DNA from: Tubiluchus corallicola
Taxonomy: Eukaryota > Animalia > Priapulida
Assembly: GCA_030141605.1 (NCBI GenBank)
Contig: JAQGDQ010000283.1
Coordinates: 62,001 to 126,000, forward strand
DNA: 64,000 bases
Reading direction: 5' to 3'
Part shown: piece by piece, positions 16,453-33,130 of the stretch
Position numbering within the stretch: position 1 is the stretch's first letter
Layout: every line of letters starts with the position of its first letter
The notes under the pieces: generated by a model
Told to the model about the DNA's origin: nothing
Databases searched by the model: none
What the model saw: only the letters and a program-made list of their open reading frames with translations
Program-made: the position numbers and the translations under genes

Positions 16453-19400
16453 ATGGGTATCTCACGGGATAGTTGGCATAAACGTCGAGCAACTGGTGGT
16501 AAAAGAAAACCGTTACGAAAGAAAAGGAAGTATGAATTGGGTAGACCAGCTGCACACACAAAATTAGGCCCTCAGCGAATACACACTGTTCGAACGAGAG
16601 GTGGAAATAAAAAGTACAGAGCTCTACGATTAGATCATGGTAACTTTTCATGGGGATCTGAATGCTGTACAAGGAAGACTCGTGTTATTGATGTAGTCTA
16701 CAATGCTAGCAACAATGAACTGGTATGTAACTTTTATGTGCCTCTGCTCCAGTTTTTTCGGAGTATTAAACTATAATAATTATGATCGGGACCCGTTCAC
16801 TTTTATTTTTCTGACAGTGATCAGGTTGACTCAAAAAAGCAAAAATTGTTAAATAAGTAGTGGTGTAGTTAGAATTGTGGCGCCAAGTTTGCTGCTCCGA
16901 CCCCGACGAAAAATACAACTTCGCAACATCCTTTCGATTTTAGATCTATGAAATTTGGCAGTGTTGCGTTACAATTGCAATGTCAGTTGTGGGGATAAAT
17001 TGATAATATAATAAACCTATTGGTTAATGTTAACAAGCTAAAAAATGTGTATATGAAGAAGTAAATTTTTTCTGTATGCTTCAGAAAGACAGGCCCACTC
17101 AGAAGCTTTTTGAAAACTACGGCTCTTATATTCTTCTCTTGTCATGCCATATCTGAGTTATGGCATTCTCGCCTGGGGTAGTGCTTCAGCATCGGTCTTA
17201 AAATCATTGGTTTCTAAACAAAACAAGATTATCAAACTTATAACATTTACTAGCAAAAGGGAACATGTAACACCTTTGTATTTGCAACTAAATCTACTAA
17301 AAGTTCATGATCTGTATAAATTAGAATTGCTCAAGTTTGTACATAAATTCAAAAATAATTCACTTCCAGATCTCTTCAGCAATTATTATACTTTAGCATG
17401 TCACATGCATCACCACTCTACTAGGTTTGCTACAACCCAATCTTATTTTATTGAAAGATTTAACTCATCTAAAGGCCAGAATTCTTTAAAACACCAAGGA
17501 TCTTTGCTGTGGAATTCATTACCAGACCAGTTAAAGTCCAGTAACTACAAAAAGTTAATTTTAAACTATAAAAAACAACTTATTGCAGGATACAAATAAA
17601 TGAGACATTTTGCTTATATACTTGTAATACTATACATATTTTTTTCATTGCTACGACACTTAAAGATTTTGTTTAAGTTTTTGTTATATTTTGATTTCAT
17701 TTTGTCTGATTTACAGTTGAAATAGTTTTTCGATGGTTTAATTTATTATATTTTCTTTCTCGACAAATTCAGTCATTGATGTTATTATTACAACATTTCA
17801 GTTTTGTTTTTCTTATTTGCTTCTGTTTCTTGTTTTGTTTTGTATGATTTATATTTGCCTTATTTTTCCTTGGTTTAATCTATTATATTTTTTTCTCGAC
17901 AGCTTTGGTTGATCATTCTACTGTTTTTTTGTTTTGTTTTTTTGCCGGATTTTTTAGTTAATGCTCAAATTATGCATATTCTGTTATCTTAAAAATCTCA
18001 AGTTATTTTTATTGTGTTTGCTTCGCATGATTCATAGTATTTTAGAATTGTAAATCTTTCGTTATTTAAACTATATGTTCTACAGTATTACGATACCTAT
18101 CATTCAATTGCCAAATTAACACACATCAACCGAATACAAATTTAAATTGATAACGACGCCATAATTAAGTTTATTTAATCATAACTATTTAAGGGTGGCT
18201 GACTTGATAACCTACGGGTTCTTCGCTGCCCTTCTCCTTTGCTTTAAAATATTCCATGTAGTCTTTATACTGTATTTTTATCGTTCTAACGGAGATAATA
18301 AATAATTGAATTGAATTGAATATCAAGGCAACATCAGTCTTTTAATTTCACGATGCTGTTCAACATACTGATTTTTACTGGAAATGTAGGGCTTGTGCTA
18401 CTGATATGGTGTCATTTCATGTAATCTTAAACAAAAAAATAATTACTTGTGTGTTAATAATTATAATGTATGTGTAGACTAAAAACCGTTGTAGAAGGCA
18501 TGTGTTTTAAATTTGTGCATTTGTGCTCATTTCCAGTACAGCATCAGGTGTGATACTGGCATTTTACTTTATAGCTGCAGTCTGTGATAAAACAATATAA
18601 TTCACACTCTTCCGCACCTTGATTGTTTATGCAAAGTTCTATGACATGTATGTGATTGTTCGAGCACATGTAATTAGTTAATTAGCTGCAGTTTGGGAAA
18701 ATGGCAGTTTTATGCAGCAGGTAGATAAAAAACGCTTCAGCTTGTGAGTGTCAAAATGCAAAATTTTAACAAATTACATAAATCGGTACTATATCGATCT
18801 AGAAAACTGATACGTCGTTTAACATTTAACAGCCAGACAACATTTTTTGTTTGTTTTTTGTTTGCTTGGTCTCATACCTAATTTGCACAACACGTGTTTG
18901 TATTTCACAGTCTGCCATGCAAAAGCAAAATAACTATTTTCAAAATTAACTTGCATTAACAAATTTGTACTAATGCACAGCAACAGCCAGCAAACGACCT
19001 TAAGATTGAGTGCGTAGTTTTCAGTGTGCTGCATTCAATGTGTTGTATAAATAACTGACTGAGAACTTCTATCGTTAAAGTTGGAAGGAAAGTTAGTATT
19101 ATCTTTTTGCATACTGCACAGAATCAAATTAATTATTGGGCTATGAATAGTAGGCAAGTTTAAAGGAAAGCTAACCCTCAAACAACATTCATTGTATTTT
19201 AATATTACAATTCAGCGTATTGATTGTAAACCAGATAATATAGCGTGCATGAAATGCCTTGCTTATAAGTGCAAAAATAATTTATGCCGACAACGAAAAT
19301 ACTTCTGTGTCTGTTCTTATCGACCTGGTAATTGTTTCATATACTTACACTTACTTGGCAATTAGGTAATGTGTACTACGCCTGAAAATGAAACAGCTAA

Positions 19401-20870
19401 AACCATAAGCTGCTTTACTAATTTACCATTGCTGCTGAATTTGATGAAGTCATTATATAAACACAATATGGCTATGCGTCAGCAACTCATTACGTAGCCC
19501 CTAATCTAAGCAATTAATTATAACATATTAATTCCAATACATTTTCATTATCTATGGGTTTCCAGTATAGACAGAAATTATCATACCGACAATGGTTTCG
19601 GTATTACAAAGTAAACTGGTCCATTACTAATCACTACTGATAATCATGAAATAAAGTTTATACATTCACTGCCTTACTGCATGATATTTATTTAATTATG
19701 GCATTAATATAATTACTAACATAAAGAACCAATTGGATTTCCATCTTTGATGATTAGTTCTTTGTCTTTCTATTTTTACATAATGGTTCATTGTGACTTT
19801 GTGGATTTTACGGAAATACAAATGCTTTATAAATCAATATCAATTAAGGTCTTTTAAGTAAATTTGATTTATTTCTTACTTTCAGGTTCGTACGAAGACT
19901 CTAGTAAAGAACTGCATTGTGCAAATTGATGCCACTCCGTACCGTACTTGGTATGAAACTCACTATGCTTTACCGCTTGGACGGAAAAAAGGTATAAACG
20001 CTTACTGCATACTGCGTATATGTTAGACACATAGAACATCAGGCTTGTTTGATAAATAATGTGATAAAAGTGTTAGAAATTCTGTTACAATTTAATTACA
20101 CACTTTTCCGTAAGAATGTACATAATGTACAGCAAACGATCATGGCTTGTGCAGCAAAAAAACTCAAAACGTGCAAAAATGCCTTGTGATTTTAATACTC
20201 TTGTGCAGTTTCATGCTTAGGACAGCCCTATTGATGTCTTAAAGTTATTCAATTGAATTTGTCATATCAAAAATGTATGATTAACTACAAAATACATTCA
20301 GATTGGTTAATCTTATCATTATGGGTAAATTTGACCTTTGACCGTAAGTGCATCAACCTTATCGAATTTGCAGTCATAGTGACCTAACAAAAGGTCAAAC
20401 TATTTTTTATTCAGCGTGACAAGGCGAGTAATTTGGTGTGCATTTCATGACGATTCGTGAATTTTTGAAATTCGGCCCCCATTTGCCCCCCTACAAAAAT
20501 TGTTAACATTTGAGCTGTTAACATTTGTAATTTCTCCCACTGTCAAAGAGTATTCACTTGTGCAAGTAAACGCATACAATTGTACATAGTTTCACAGCTG
20601 CGTTATCATTGCTTTACAGGGTCCAAACTCAGTGAAGAGGAGGAGGCACGGATCAACAAAAAAAGGAGTAAAAAGACCATGAAGAAATATGAAGCTCGAA
20701 AAAAGTACGCAAAAGTGGAGGCTCCATTGGAAGATCAGTTCATGACAGGTAGATTACTTGCCTGTATCGCCTCTCGCCCCGGACAGTGTGGTAGGGCGGA
20801 CGGTTACATTCTAGAAGGAAAAGAATTAGAGTTCTATGTAAGGAAGCTGAAGTCAAAGAAAGCAAAGTGA
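16453..20870 (+). CDS. RPS8: 40S ribosomal protein S8 (eS8), 208 aa; exons 16453-16722, 19886-19991, 20620-20870
   Basis: [19 protein letters not shown]...[16 protein letters not shown]...VYNASNNEL|[20 protein letters not shown]...|...[22 protein letters not shown]. 270+106+251 = 627 nt; GT-AG introns; AATAAA at 20898. Confidence 0.98.
17130..18320 (+). mobile_element. 5'-truncated L2-group (Crack/Daphne-like) LINE in RPS8 intron 1
   Basis: ORF2 C-terminus [11 protein letters not shown]...QNKIIKLI...HHHSTR...LWNSLP to stop at 17599, T-rich 3'UTR, stem-loop at 18191-18233, AATAAA then (TTGAA)n tail. Confidence 0.85.
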
Positions 20871-23860
20871 TTTGCTGTAAATATCATTAGACGTTTTAAT
20901 AAATGACTTGATGGACAGATCAGAATTGTTCTAGTATGATATAGTGAGATGATTGTGGCAAACTGATAATCAGCGCAGGCAGTCAAGTTGCTTATGTGTG
21001 CAATTATAACGATCATTATAATGATACGGATTTTTAAAAATTTTGTGCAAGTCAGATTGGTGACCATCAGTAATTATTTGCACTATTTAGTATATTTTTA
21101 CTATCATATACCCATTAACTATATAGCACCCTGAAGGCACATTTTTTAGACCCATCAGTTATTCTTTGATAAATAATAAATATCTAAATCTAGTGTTGTT
21201 CTGTTGTGCAGCTTGGGTGCTAATTCTTTTGAATTAGATACAATTAATGTATTCGAGGTCCTGGGATGCAATTCAACCAAATTAACAGAAAAATAAACAC
21301 ATCAAATCCATTTTTTCTGGAGTAAGGTATGCTCTTCTGTACCATGTCCTATTTGTGAAAGTAGTATGTGGAACATGCGATAATTTTCTGTGCGGGTAAT
21401 CCATGCACAATTGCACATTGTTCATTATTATGATTGTAAAAAGTAAATGGCGTAGAAATAAATAAGTAACAATTGCTTTATTATTAAAAAATTAAAATTC
21501 AACAACAATGAATCAGTAAAAGCAGAACTATACCGGGATTAATTTGTAACGGCCCACTCAGAGTTTACAATAATGGATATTATAGTTATAATTGCAAGTG
21601 CGATGTTAAGCTACATAACATTAACAAAGTTAGCATTTCAATATACGTTATTAGAAAAAGCGGAATTTGCAAGTTCGAAGGTAAACATGATAAAATAGAA
21701 CTACACACTGCTGTGGCACTGCCTTACAACGTTTCACAAAAAATGTCTGAGATGATTTTAAAGCGATTATCTCTTGTCATACACCTAAGTGTTTGTTGCT
21801 TAACAACTGCTATAACTAACACATAACAACAAGCAACATTCAGCAGTCGGCAACAAACAACATACCAGCTATCACAAAACGTAAGCATAACAATAGTGAG
21901 ATTGCCTTGATTATTGATTAGTTCTCTTTCGAATAGCAAGCTGATTCCAGATCACATCAACATCTTTTAGCAAAAACAGAATTATCTATTTAGAAATACA
22001 AACAAATTGATGATTTTTTAGAAACCACAAAGAAAGCGTGATTTATTACTTGTAACATTATGTGTCGACAAACTCCAAGATACACACCATAGAAGTGTTC
22101 CTATAGCAACATGCACATGGCGGCAAAACCAGCACACTGTTTCAGAAAGTGGTGTCTACAAGTCTTACATATCTAGATCACATGAGAAAACAATTGCTAA
22201 ATGACTAAAAGACAAATTTGTAACAATTGGAGTGTATATTCATCTGAATATTATGACACCAGAGAGATGTAATGTTTACTGACAAGTACCTGCACTATTA
22301 TCCTCATATTTAGATCACTAACTAGCCACCTATCATTAAGATATTAATTACAAGAAGGGAAACACTATTGTTCAACATCACACAGAGTACAACTTACACC
22401 CACTATTAAAAATAGTGTGTAATTAATTTTCTGTCCTTTCAGCACAAATTGAGAAAAAGTCTGTGCTTGCTAGTAAGTGCAGTTCTACATAAAAATACAA
22501 AAAAACAACTGTGGTAGTTGCATTTTCATGTAAATGAAAGCAAAGTTCCAAAGATACTGTACATTAAGGCTGTAAATCCAGGAATTAGCACTGCTACTGC
22601 ACAACCCACATAGTCACACAGATAAGTGAACCAAAATTCTAAATTAACACAGTTGCTATTTTATCATAAGTCTTCAATCTAAATAAATAACATATTTTGA
22701 CATGAAGAACATTCAGTGCTGCCTAATTATTTGAAATACTTTTGCTTAACTTGAGAAACATAGTTTGAACCCATTTCCAGTAAAATCAAATTACTGATGG
22801 ATTTTTGCTATTAGTAAGCCTGATAAAGATCATTTAGGTTTGGAAAATCCTTAAATCATCATGTCAGATAAGTTTAGCAATTCACATAACTTTATCTGAA
22901 TGCTAAAGTAAAAACATGTAGCATAATAATAAGATAGGTGGTGTTCTTTCAATTTTAGCATTACAAATTTGCCCAGACAATGTAGCCGAGAGAGAAGGGG
23001 GCTTCTTTACAATTCATAGCAATGTCCCTAGGACTCGATATCAAACCTATTTATACATAGAGCTGACGAGAGTTGAGTAACTAATAGATGACATTCTCAA
23101 AATCATTAAAAAACATTATGAACAGCAATTCTAAAGCACAACTAGTTAACCTCTCAAATAAAAAATCTTATAAATCTTTAGAATACAAAATATTCTGTAC
23201 AATATAATAATTATCACTATGATCGTCACTTGCACACCTGTGTTTGTTAATCACAACAAAATTCCTATACAAAAATCTAATGTTTATAGTCTATAATCAC
23301 AACAGTGCTAGACTAAACTAAGGTAACAATACACGCAAAAGTAAACTTGATATTTTCAATGTCATCTGGAGGGCGGTAACTAATGAATCAGTTAAAAAGA
23401 CCAGAACGTATTAAAATTACTTAAAATAATAAAGTGCAGAACTGCAAATTTCCGCAAAGCAAACGAAATGCATATTTTATACATTCCTATTTTACCGTGC
23501 AGTATTGGAATTCCATGCATTTGTTCCTTGCAAAACGTTATCGCTTATTACTGTACTGGCTAATTTTAACTTCTTCATACATCCCCAACATACAAACATA
23601 GAAAAATCAGTAAAATTTGCTATCATAAAAGCCAACCAGATGTCATAATGTTTACTCTGTTGCTATTTTTCTTGACTAGTTACCAAGCTAGTTTAGTCAT
23701 TTGTAATTAAAATCAACAACACACACTAAGACTGAGTACCAAAATTTCTTCTAATAATTTATCATCAATACAAAAAAATCTTTAAACATTAATAAATTAT
23801 TAAGTGAACAATGTACACATTATTGGGAGAGTAACTGACGTCATCAAAGAGCAGCTGATA

Positions 23861-26800
23861 TCAGAGCCGTCTGGTGTCATCTGCAGCAATGTGGCCGACT
23901 AGGTAAACATTATCATATAAGTGACCAGCAAGGTCATCGTTTGAGTTTGGGATGGCACCACGAACGTTGCGTATGAACTCTCGCTTTGACATTTTGTTTT
24001 TCACATGTGGACAAAACAAGTCAACAGACAGCAGAATAAGAGAATAGCATAAAACGAACACATCATCTGAAAATTCAAGTTTTATAAAATCATTGATAGT
24101 CAAATGTATCAAGAAATTCAAAGCTGAAATGTTTGGTGCAAATGCAGAAGTAACTAAAAATAGTAATCCATGAAGGACATTCAATTAATGTGTAATTTCT
24201 ATTTCTAAAAACCTGCTAGATTGGGTTTAGTTATATTCAAACTAGAAGTTGGGCAAATGAACATTCACTCAACATTCAAAACTAGAGCACAAACGATTAT
24301 CGCACAACTATTGAATCAACATCCGTCATACGTGATTCATGAAAATCGAAAAACAGCCTGCTGTTGCAATAAAAATTCAATTTTTCCATTCTTTACTTCG
24401 CAGTGTTGACTAATAGCAAGATGCATTATGGTTAAGCTTCTTAAAAGTAAACACATAATTCTAGCGCCTGGTACGTTAACGAATGTATCACATACTTGAA
24501 AAATATCACAAGCTACAGAAACTAATAAAAGAAGCCTTATGCGAAAATTTTTCAACAAGAACCCCAAAAACTTGATACCCACTCCAACCAAAAAACACAG
24601 TCGGATAATTTTTTGCTGGAAAATCGAATCGAAAGCTGTTAGATAAAATCAAAAATCGACATTGAAAAAATTTGAAATTGTCTGTACTCTAATCAGAATG
24701 TAATAGTCAAGGATTAGCCACGCCACTTTGTACCGAAGTAATAAGACTAAATCGTAATTGAAAAATTAATGGGACTTCAAATCGCAAGTGCAAAAATTTC
24801 ATTATTTTTTAAATTTATAAAAAAATTAACAGCAATTGCAACAAGAACCAAATGCAGCAATTTTATTAGATTACACAAATTTAAACAGAGCCGTTAATTA
24901 CAGTTAGTATTCTATGACACCTAACAACAATTAAATAAAGGCAGTAGCATTTATAATTAAAATTTAAACATTATTTTATTTGCACTTATAAACCACTCTC
25001 TTTTCTATACAGTGATTTTACACCTTTACTATCAAGTTAGCATGATAGCAGAAGAAAATGACACAAATGTATACTCAAATCAAATGAATGAGTCAGTGAG
25101 TAACATACCGGGACGTAGTTTTACAGCAGGGTTACATTCGCAAAAACGTTCTGAGAACTTCTGCAACATTGTTGACAGGTAGCTGCCACGGTCACTGGGT
25201 GCCTCAATCTTGCCGAAGAATTTGCGAAGGGCATTTGGTAAAAACTGGTCTTTGAAGCTTTGTAAATTGACTAAATAATCCAAAACATCCTGCCTAGAAA
25301 AGTAGTTGAACAGAATCTAATCAAACAATACTTGTATGCCAACACATAAACCCGCAAACAACACTTACTTTCACCATTTCTTTATTTCGACAGCACATGA
25401 CAACTCCATTTTGTACTACCTAGGTAGCACCTTCAAACACTAAAAATGCTTTTCTTGGCACAAAGGTACTATGAATACTGAATAAGTTTACTCAATTTTT
25501 GACACACAAAGGTAAACTGTGCTTCATATTAATCCATCATTACCTGTCTTCAAGATATATTCGTATTTGCTTGTTGCTAAGCTGTCGTGTTGCGTGAAAA
25601 AAACGTGCGATCTCCACAGGTGAATTGCTGAGCAACTGCTTCTTGACAAAATACTCCATTCCCTAATACATGAACAAGATAAAGCAATTTTATCAGATTG
25701 CACAAAAAATAATTGAAAACTAGGAAACTACAAGCAAAAATGATTATATTAACAAGTTAATGACAATCAATGCCATTCATGGCACAAAACATTCATAGTT
25801 ATACAATATATTTTATATATACAAAGTAAATTTTAAAAATCAAATCAATTGGCAGATTGAGAATGGCACGAAATGACAAAATCACACTTGCACACGTAGC
25901 AACTAGATATTTTAAATTAAAAATTATGTATATTTATTGCCAAATAAAAATATTACATGCTGCAAACAATGTGAAAAAACTTTACAAAATGAAGTGGCAT
26001 ATTTGTGCATACCATAAAGGCATCAGCGTTAAAAGTGAGGGTACCCTCATCAAGGTAAAGATAAAGCTGTTTCCAGGTCAACCTGGGATCTTTCCTGTTG
26101 TAGGCAGTCACGTAACCCCAAGTATTTCGGCACAACCTAAGGAAAAATCTGGCAATTAAACTGCAAGTCGCAATAAAAGAAAGTAACATTCACCATTTTT
26201 TATGGCACTGCCAAAGCATTTCTGGTATAATTAAATAATAAGTTGCAGTGAAGATGTCACAAGTGAACGGAATTTTCAACAGCACAAAAATTCCACGACT
26301 AAGTTGTACGTGTTTGCAAAAGCGAAACTTGAAGTACAGTATTACTGTACAATATTCAGTGAGATATACAAAAACTCTGTACACAAGCTCCCAAATGTGT
26401 GCACTATGTCACAACTGAACACGTCTGAACTGAGGCATCTGTGAGGTACAGCATAAGTTTTTTAAGCAATGCATTTCTGAGAGGCAGGAACTAGTGCCCA
26501 ACTAACTAGCAAATGGCAAAATCTCTGAAGGAGCGAAAAATTAGTCACGAAATTACTATTCTGTGGTAATAATTCTTTCACGTAAGTCATTCTTGAAATA
26601 ATAGTATGTCCTCTTTCAATATTTCGCAAGGCAAATTGTTACGAGCTGTAGTTTAAGATGGTGTCCAGTTTTCCTTTAAGTTTTTAATATACAGACACAT
26701 TAATTACAATTAACTAAGATTGCTAAATCAAGTCATTAGCTCAAAGAAAATGAATTTAATTGCACTTATTTTGTTTTAAAATATTTGCCAATATGTGTTG

Positions 26801-27565
26801 AGCAGGCAGTTAGCACAAAGTGAAAAAAGACAGCATACCTTAGTAGGACAATAAACACAAATAACCTTTTACAAATACTCTACTTTTATAAAACAAACTG
26901 AAAGCTCCAAGTACATAATTAGTTTAAGGTTACTTAAAAAATCTGAAACAAAAACAAAACCAAAAGTTATTGTTTTATCTTGCAATAGTACAGTGGCTGC
27001 AGCTGTGGTAGCAGATCTTGTACTCACAAAATTGCAAAACTTGAGCAGATAACTCTTTTAGTAAAAAGAAAAACTGTATTATTAGTTCACAAAAGAATAT
27101 TACCCTTGCCAGAGAATCTCATCATTTGCAAGACTGGACCAAACACATGCAGCCAGGCACAGGTCAGTTGCATTCAGGTGGGACAGGATAGAAATGGCTG
27201 CAAGCAAGAAGACACAAATCATTATTACCATCACTATCATTACTATTACCATCATTTTACTATTATCATTATCATTACTTACAGGGGGAAGAAAAAGGTA
27301 GTTTACACTGCAAACTTAAAAATACCTAAAATGAAATAATAACAAAATGAACTATCAACTTTTAACAATCATTTTAAATCAATAACTTAGACAAGAATGC
27401 AAAAACTAGTTAGTATAACCAGCTTCACCTACCAAGTTCAGGTGGGAGATTTCCTAGATCAGGAAACCTAGATGCAACTGTCATACTGTCACGATGACTC
27501 AATTCCTTCACAGGCTGCCCATCAGTATCCCTGAGATCCAGTATCCTGTATAGGGACTGGCCCAT
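23861..27565 (-). CDS. FBXO8: F-box only protein 8 (F-box + Sec7 domain), 286 aa; exons 27565-27433, 27197-27104, 26136-26013, 25662-25544, 25293-25109, 24066-23861
   Basis: MGQSLYR start; F-box FPDLGNLPPELAISILSHLNATDLCLAACVW...LWQGLC; Sec7-like LDEGTLTFNAD...FLPNALRKFF...FSERFCECNP...VLCYSLILLSVDLFCPHVKNKMSKREFIRN...LYDNVYL. Phases consistent (861 nt). Confidence 0.95.
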
Positions 27566-27972
27566 TATTTACACTTGAGGCTTTAGAAAGATCTAAATCA
27601 AGACTTTCACAGCCTTATAGCAGCTAATGCTACAAAGATGGATCTCATTGTGATACAAGCATCTAAAAACAGTGAAATTAGCAGTAGACCTAAAATCATT
27701 TGTTAAGGTTAAATCATTAAACAAGTACCTGTATTTTAAATTAATATATACAAAATTGACAAAAGCTCCATCAAAATCATTAAACTACTATAAAATTATG
27801 ATGTCCATCCCCATCCAATCTAATGTAAATTGATAATACTTAAATACTGTGTATATATTTGCCTTTCTAAGCCATTTCATGTTGCTGTTTCTACATTTTG
27901 TGCAACAGTTGTATAATTCTACACTGTACAGACTACAGTCTATTAATGATCTACTGTACAGATGCATTAGAG

Positions 27973-30057
<2,085 letters not shown>

Positions 30058-30101
30058 CATCAGGGAACATAATTTTCAAGACAATGGAATGAAATGATAT
30101 A

Positions 30102-30386
30102 CAGTTAACTTTGGATATAACGTACTCAGTTATAAGGGACAATTGCTTATAAGGGACCACTAAAGCATCGGTCCCAATGTTTTTCCCTACAAAAAGTTCA
30201 GCATGTACCAAATGTTGTGAGAAATGGTCCAAAAACGCTATTGAAGTAGGAGAATAAATAGAGGGTGCATAAACGTGAACGCAGCTTCGATTTGGCTCTA
30301 TTTCAGTTATAAGGGACACCGGATATAAGGGATGATTTTTTCCGGTCCAGAGCAGAGGTTTCCCTTATATCGTCCAAGGTTAGCTA
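30102..30386. mobile_element. Pogo/Tigger-like MITE (degenerate)
   Basis: TA|CAGTTAACTTTGGATATAA at left; inverted TTATATCGTCCAAGGTTAGCTA at right; repeated TATAAGGGAC motifs. Confidence 0.6.
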
Positions 30387-30583
30387 CTTTTATAATGTAG
30401 AGTTTATAAGGGGATGGCTGATTTGGTAACGTTTATGTTTTCCGCCACCCCTTCTCAATTAGACAGCTATTACTTGTATACTAACATGTTTGTTTTTGCT
30501 AGGGATAAAAAAATAAATATTTGATTAGAATAAACAGTGACATTGACTATGGTGATTGGAATGGTACAAGATCGTTAACGGTG

Positions 30584-30643
30584 TCGTTGTTTGCTCAGCT
30601 ATTGATGAATTGGTCGTCGTTTGCTCATCTATTGATGAAGTGG
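30584..30643. repeat. 30-bp tandem duplication
   Basis: TCGTTGTTTGCTCAGCTATTGATGAATTGG followed by TCGTCGTTTGCTCATCTATTGATGAAGTGG. Confidence 0.85.
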
Positions 30644-31036
30644 ATCTAGTGGAATCACAGGAACGGTTGGTAACTTTCGACCAGACTCTGCACTTTACTC
30701 ACCCTCTTTGAGTAAGTGTCGTGCAAACATCTAGAATACCTACCTGCACTATTGGTCGAAGGAAAAGGTCGTGTTCTAGCCATTATCAATTGTGAAATCA
30801 ACTCTCACCAAGTATTATTATGTCAAAAACTTAGATCTACCATAAGCTCACAAAGTATGAATTACTCCACAAGTTACCTCTTTTGCATTGCCTCTGAGTT
30901 ACCTTCCAAACAAGCGAAATGTTCTTGAAAACTGCCTTTATGTGAAAAAATACACTAACAACACATGAATACAAAACAAAAATGACATTGACATGAATGA
31001 CGTCAGTAACCAATGACCAAACGTTACGCAGCTTAC

Positions 31037-31085
31037 CCTGGCCTGCGCGAGTGCGCGCCCTGTGGCAAGGCTTACATGCTGCCAC
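31037..31085 (-). other. Candidate GC-rich 49-nt non-coding (5'UTR) exon of FBXO8
   Basis: ttcagttatag|GTGGCAGCATGTAAGCCTTGCCACAGGGCGCGCACTCGCGCAGGCCAGG|gtaagc on the FBXO8 strand, upstream of its first coding exon. Confidence 0.4.
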
Positions 31086-31799
31086 CTATAACTGAAAAAA
31101 AATGAACTTTTTAATTTTTAGTTTTGAAATCCAGAATTTTGCTGTTGCAATTGCCGTTGCGGTTGTTGTTGTCGTCACTGTCATTGTACCTTTTGTTGTC
31201 GTCGCCATCATAACATCTACTACTGCTGCTGAAGTTGTAGTTGCCAGTGTCATTGTCATTATCATAATAATTGCTGTTTTTTTCTGCTGCTGCCGCCGCT
31301 GTTGTTCTTATTGCAGTTTGTCATTGTTGTTGCAGTTCTTGTTTTTTCTTGCTGGTCTGAAGTTTCTTGCTGCTGTTATTGTTACTGCTGTTGCTGTCGT
31401 TGTTGTTTCTTAAACAAGGAATAAGATAAGCAAGGTTGCCATTTATACGATAATTATTGCTGCATACGATGATTTGTGGCATCATACCGTACAAAAAAGA
31501 GACTATAGCCACAGTAGTCGATAATTATACCATAACGTAGAAACGAAACAGTGCAAAAGTTTGAAAAGAGTGTGCACTGAAAACATTTAAAACATTACTG
31601 CTAGCCACTGGGCAGAAAAATGAATTTTGATTTTGTTGTTGCCCCCAAGCATGCTGATCGCAGTCAGTCTTACCTTTCAATCTTGCCTTTCAAAATCATA
31701 AGGACCTAGAATTGAACTCAGTACCGCCCCTTCTCGGACAAGATTTAAAACTACATGTATTGACAGATTATGGTGCTTGAATGGTTGCCGTTGGTAATT

Positions 31800-33130
31800 T
31801 GTTACAAGGGTCGATGACGCGAGAGGCAAATAATGTGATTAAATATTGCTTCATGAAAAATCAACAAATACTTTGGAGGGTTGTCCTTGTAGGGGTCTAG
31901 GAGGGCGTAAAAGATCGTCGTCCTAGATGATGGATGCTCCATTGAGCACCCTATAGCAGTTGACGATGTCAATGGTCTATCTTCATTGTACTGTTCCAGA
32001 GTGGATATAATAGAAAGGTCAGCATCTTCAGCTAGTCTAACACATTGGTTTTTTGTTTTTTCCAATAATGCTTTAAGAGTGGTGTGCTGCTGTGACCAAA
32101 CTTCTGAAGCATACTCAAGAACTGGGTTCACAACAGCTTTGTAAAGTGTACCGATGATTACCGAGGCTTTCCTGGATGTAATACAACATTTTATTTTGTT
32201 AAATCTTTAATACAGTAGATGATTTATGCTCAATCGGTCCATCTTTAACATAATAATTTTATGGAGTTAGACTCCTAGGACAAATCGCAAAAGATGGCGC
32301 TTGCTCTTTTTATGTTCCAATAACCATTCTTCACACCATTTTTCCTTATTGTTGAGGTCGAATTGTAGCATATACCCATTGCTCTTGTCCCATATCGGAT
32401 GGTATGGTTTAAAATCATCAGCATACAAGGTCAATGATGTCCCAGTTGACATGCAATTCGTAATATCGTTTATGAAGATCTGGAAACAATAAGGGCCACT
32501 GAGGGTACCTTGAAATATGCCAATGCAGACATAAACTTCCAGGCTGGTAGTTACATGTCATTTCTATTTAATACCACATGCTGACAGCGATTTGGCAAGA
32601 GGTACTGAAACCATGCGAGGAGGTTGCCTCTTATTCCTGCATATTCCATCTTCAACAAAAGACGTTGATGCGGCACTGAGTCAAAAGCCTTCTTAAAATC
32701 AAGATAGGGAACATCAATACCTGGTAGCGGTGGCTCATCGAACCATTCTGTCCAGTCATTAAAACAAAAAAGTAGATTAGTTACTGTTGATCTCTGAGGA
32801 TCTCTTGCATATTCGGTTTGTCCTAACCAGAAGCAGGTCTCGTCCCACAGGATGCCTTCTATTCATTTGGCATCTACTGAAGTTAAAGTTGTGGGTGTTA
32901 GGTTATCACAAATTGGGCAGGCAGAGGACTGTTTTGGGTTGGGAGTGACGTTAGAATCCATTTAAGGGTCACAAGATGAATCAAGTGACTTACGATTATA
33001 GCAAAAAAGTGGTAAGGGTAGTTGCAACGCAAAGGATTTTAAGGTGGAAACCATGAGAGTGGCCACAATTTCTTGAAAATCAGCAGCAATTTCAAAAAAG
33101 AATGCTCATGATGACGATGACTGGGCTTGA
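31800..33130 (-). mobile_element. Degenerate CR1-group LINE (RT region)
   Basis: YLDFKKAFDSVPHQRLLLK, TLYADDFK, PVLEYASEVWS, with many stops and frameshifts. Limits approximate. Confidence 0.85.

Noticed and set aside
16723-20619. Intronic snoRNAs expected in an RPS8 host gene
   Set aside because: No convincing box C/D pair with terminal stem or rRNA-complementary guide was seen by eye; snoscan or cmscan would be needed to exclude them.
31102-31413. Hydrophobic 103-aa ORF
   Set aside because: Cryptic (GTT/GCT/GTC)n low-complexity sequence.
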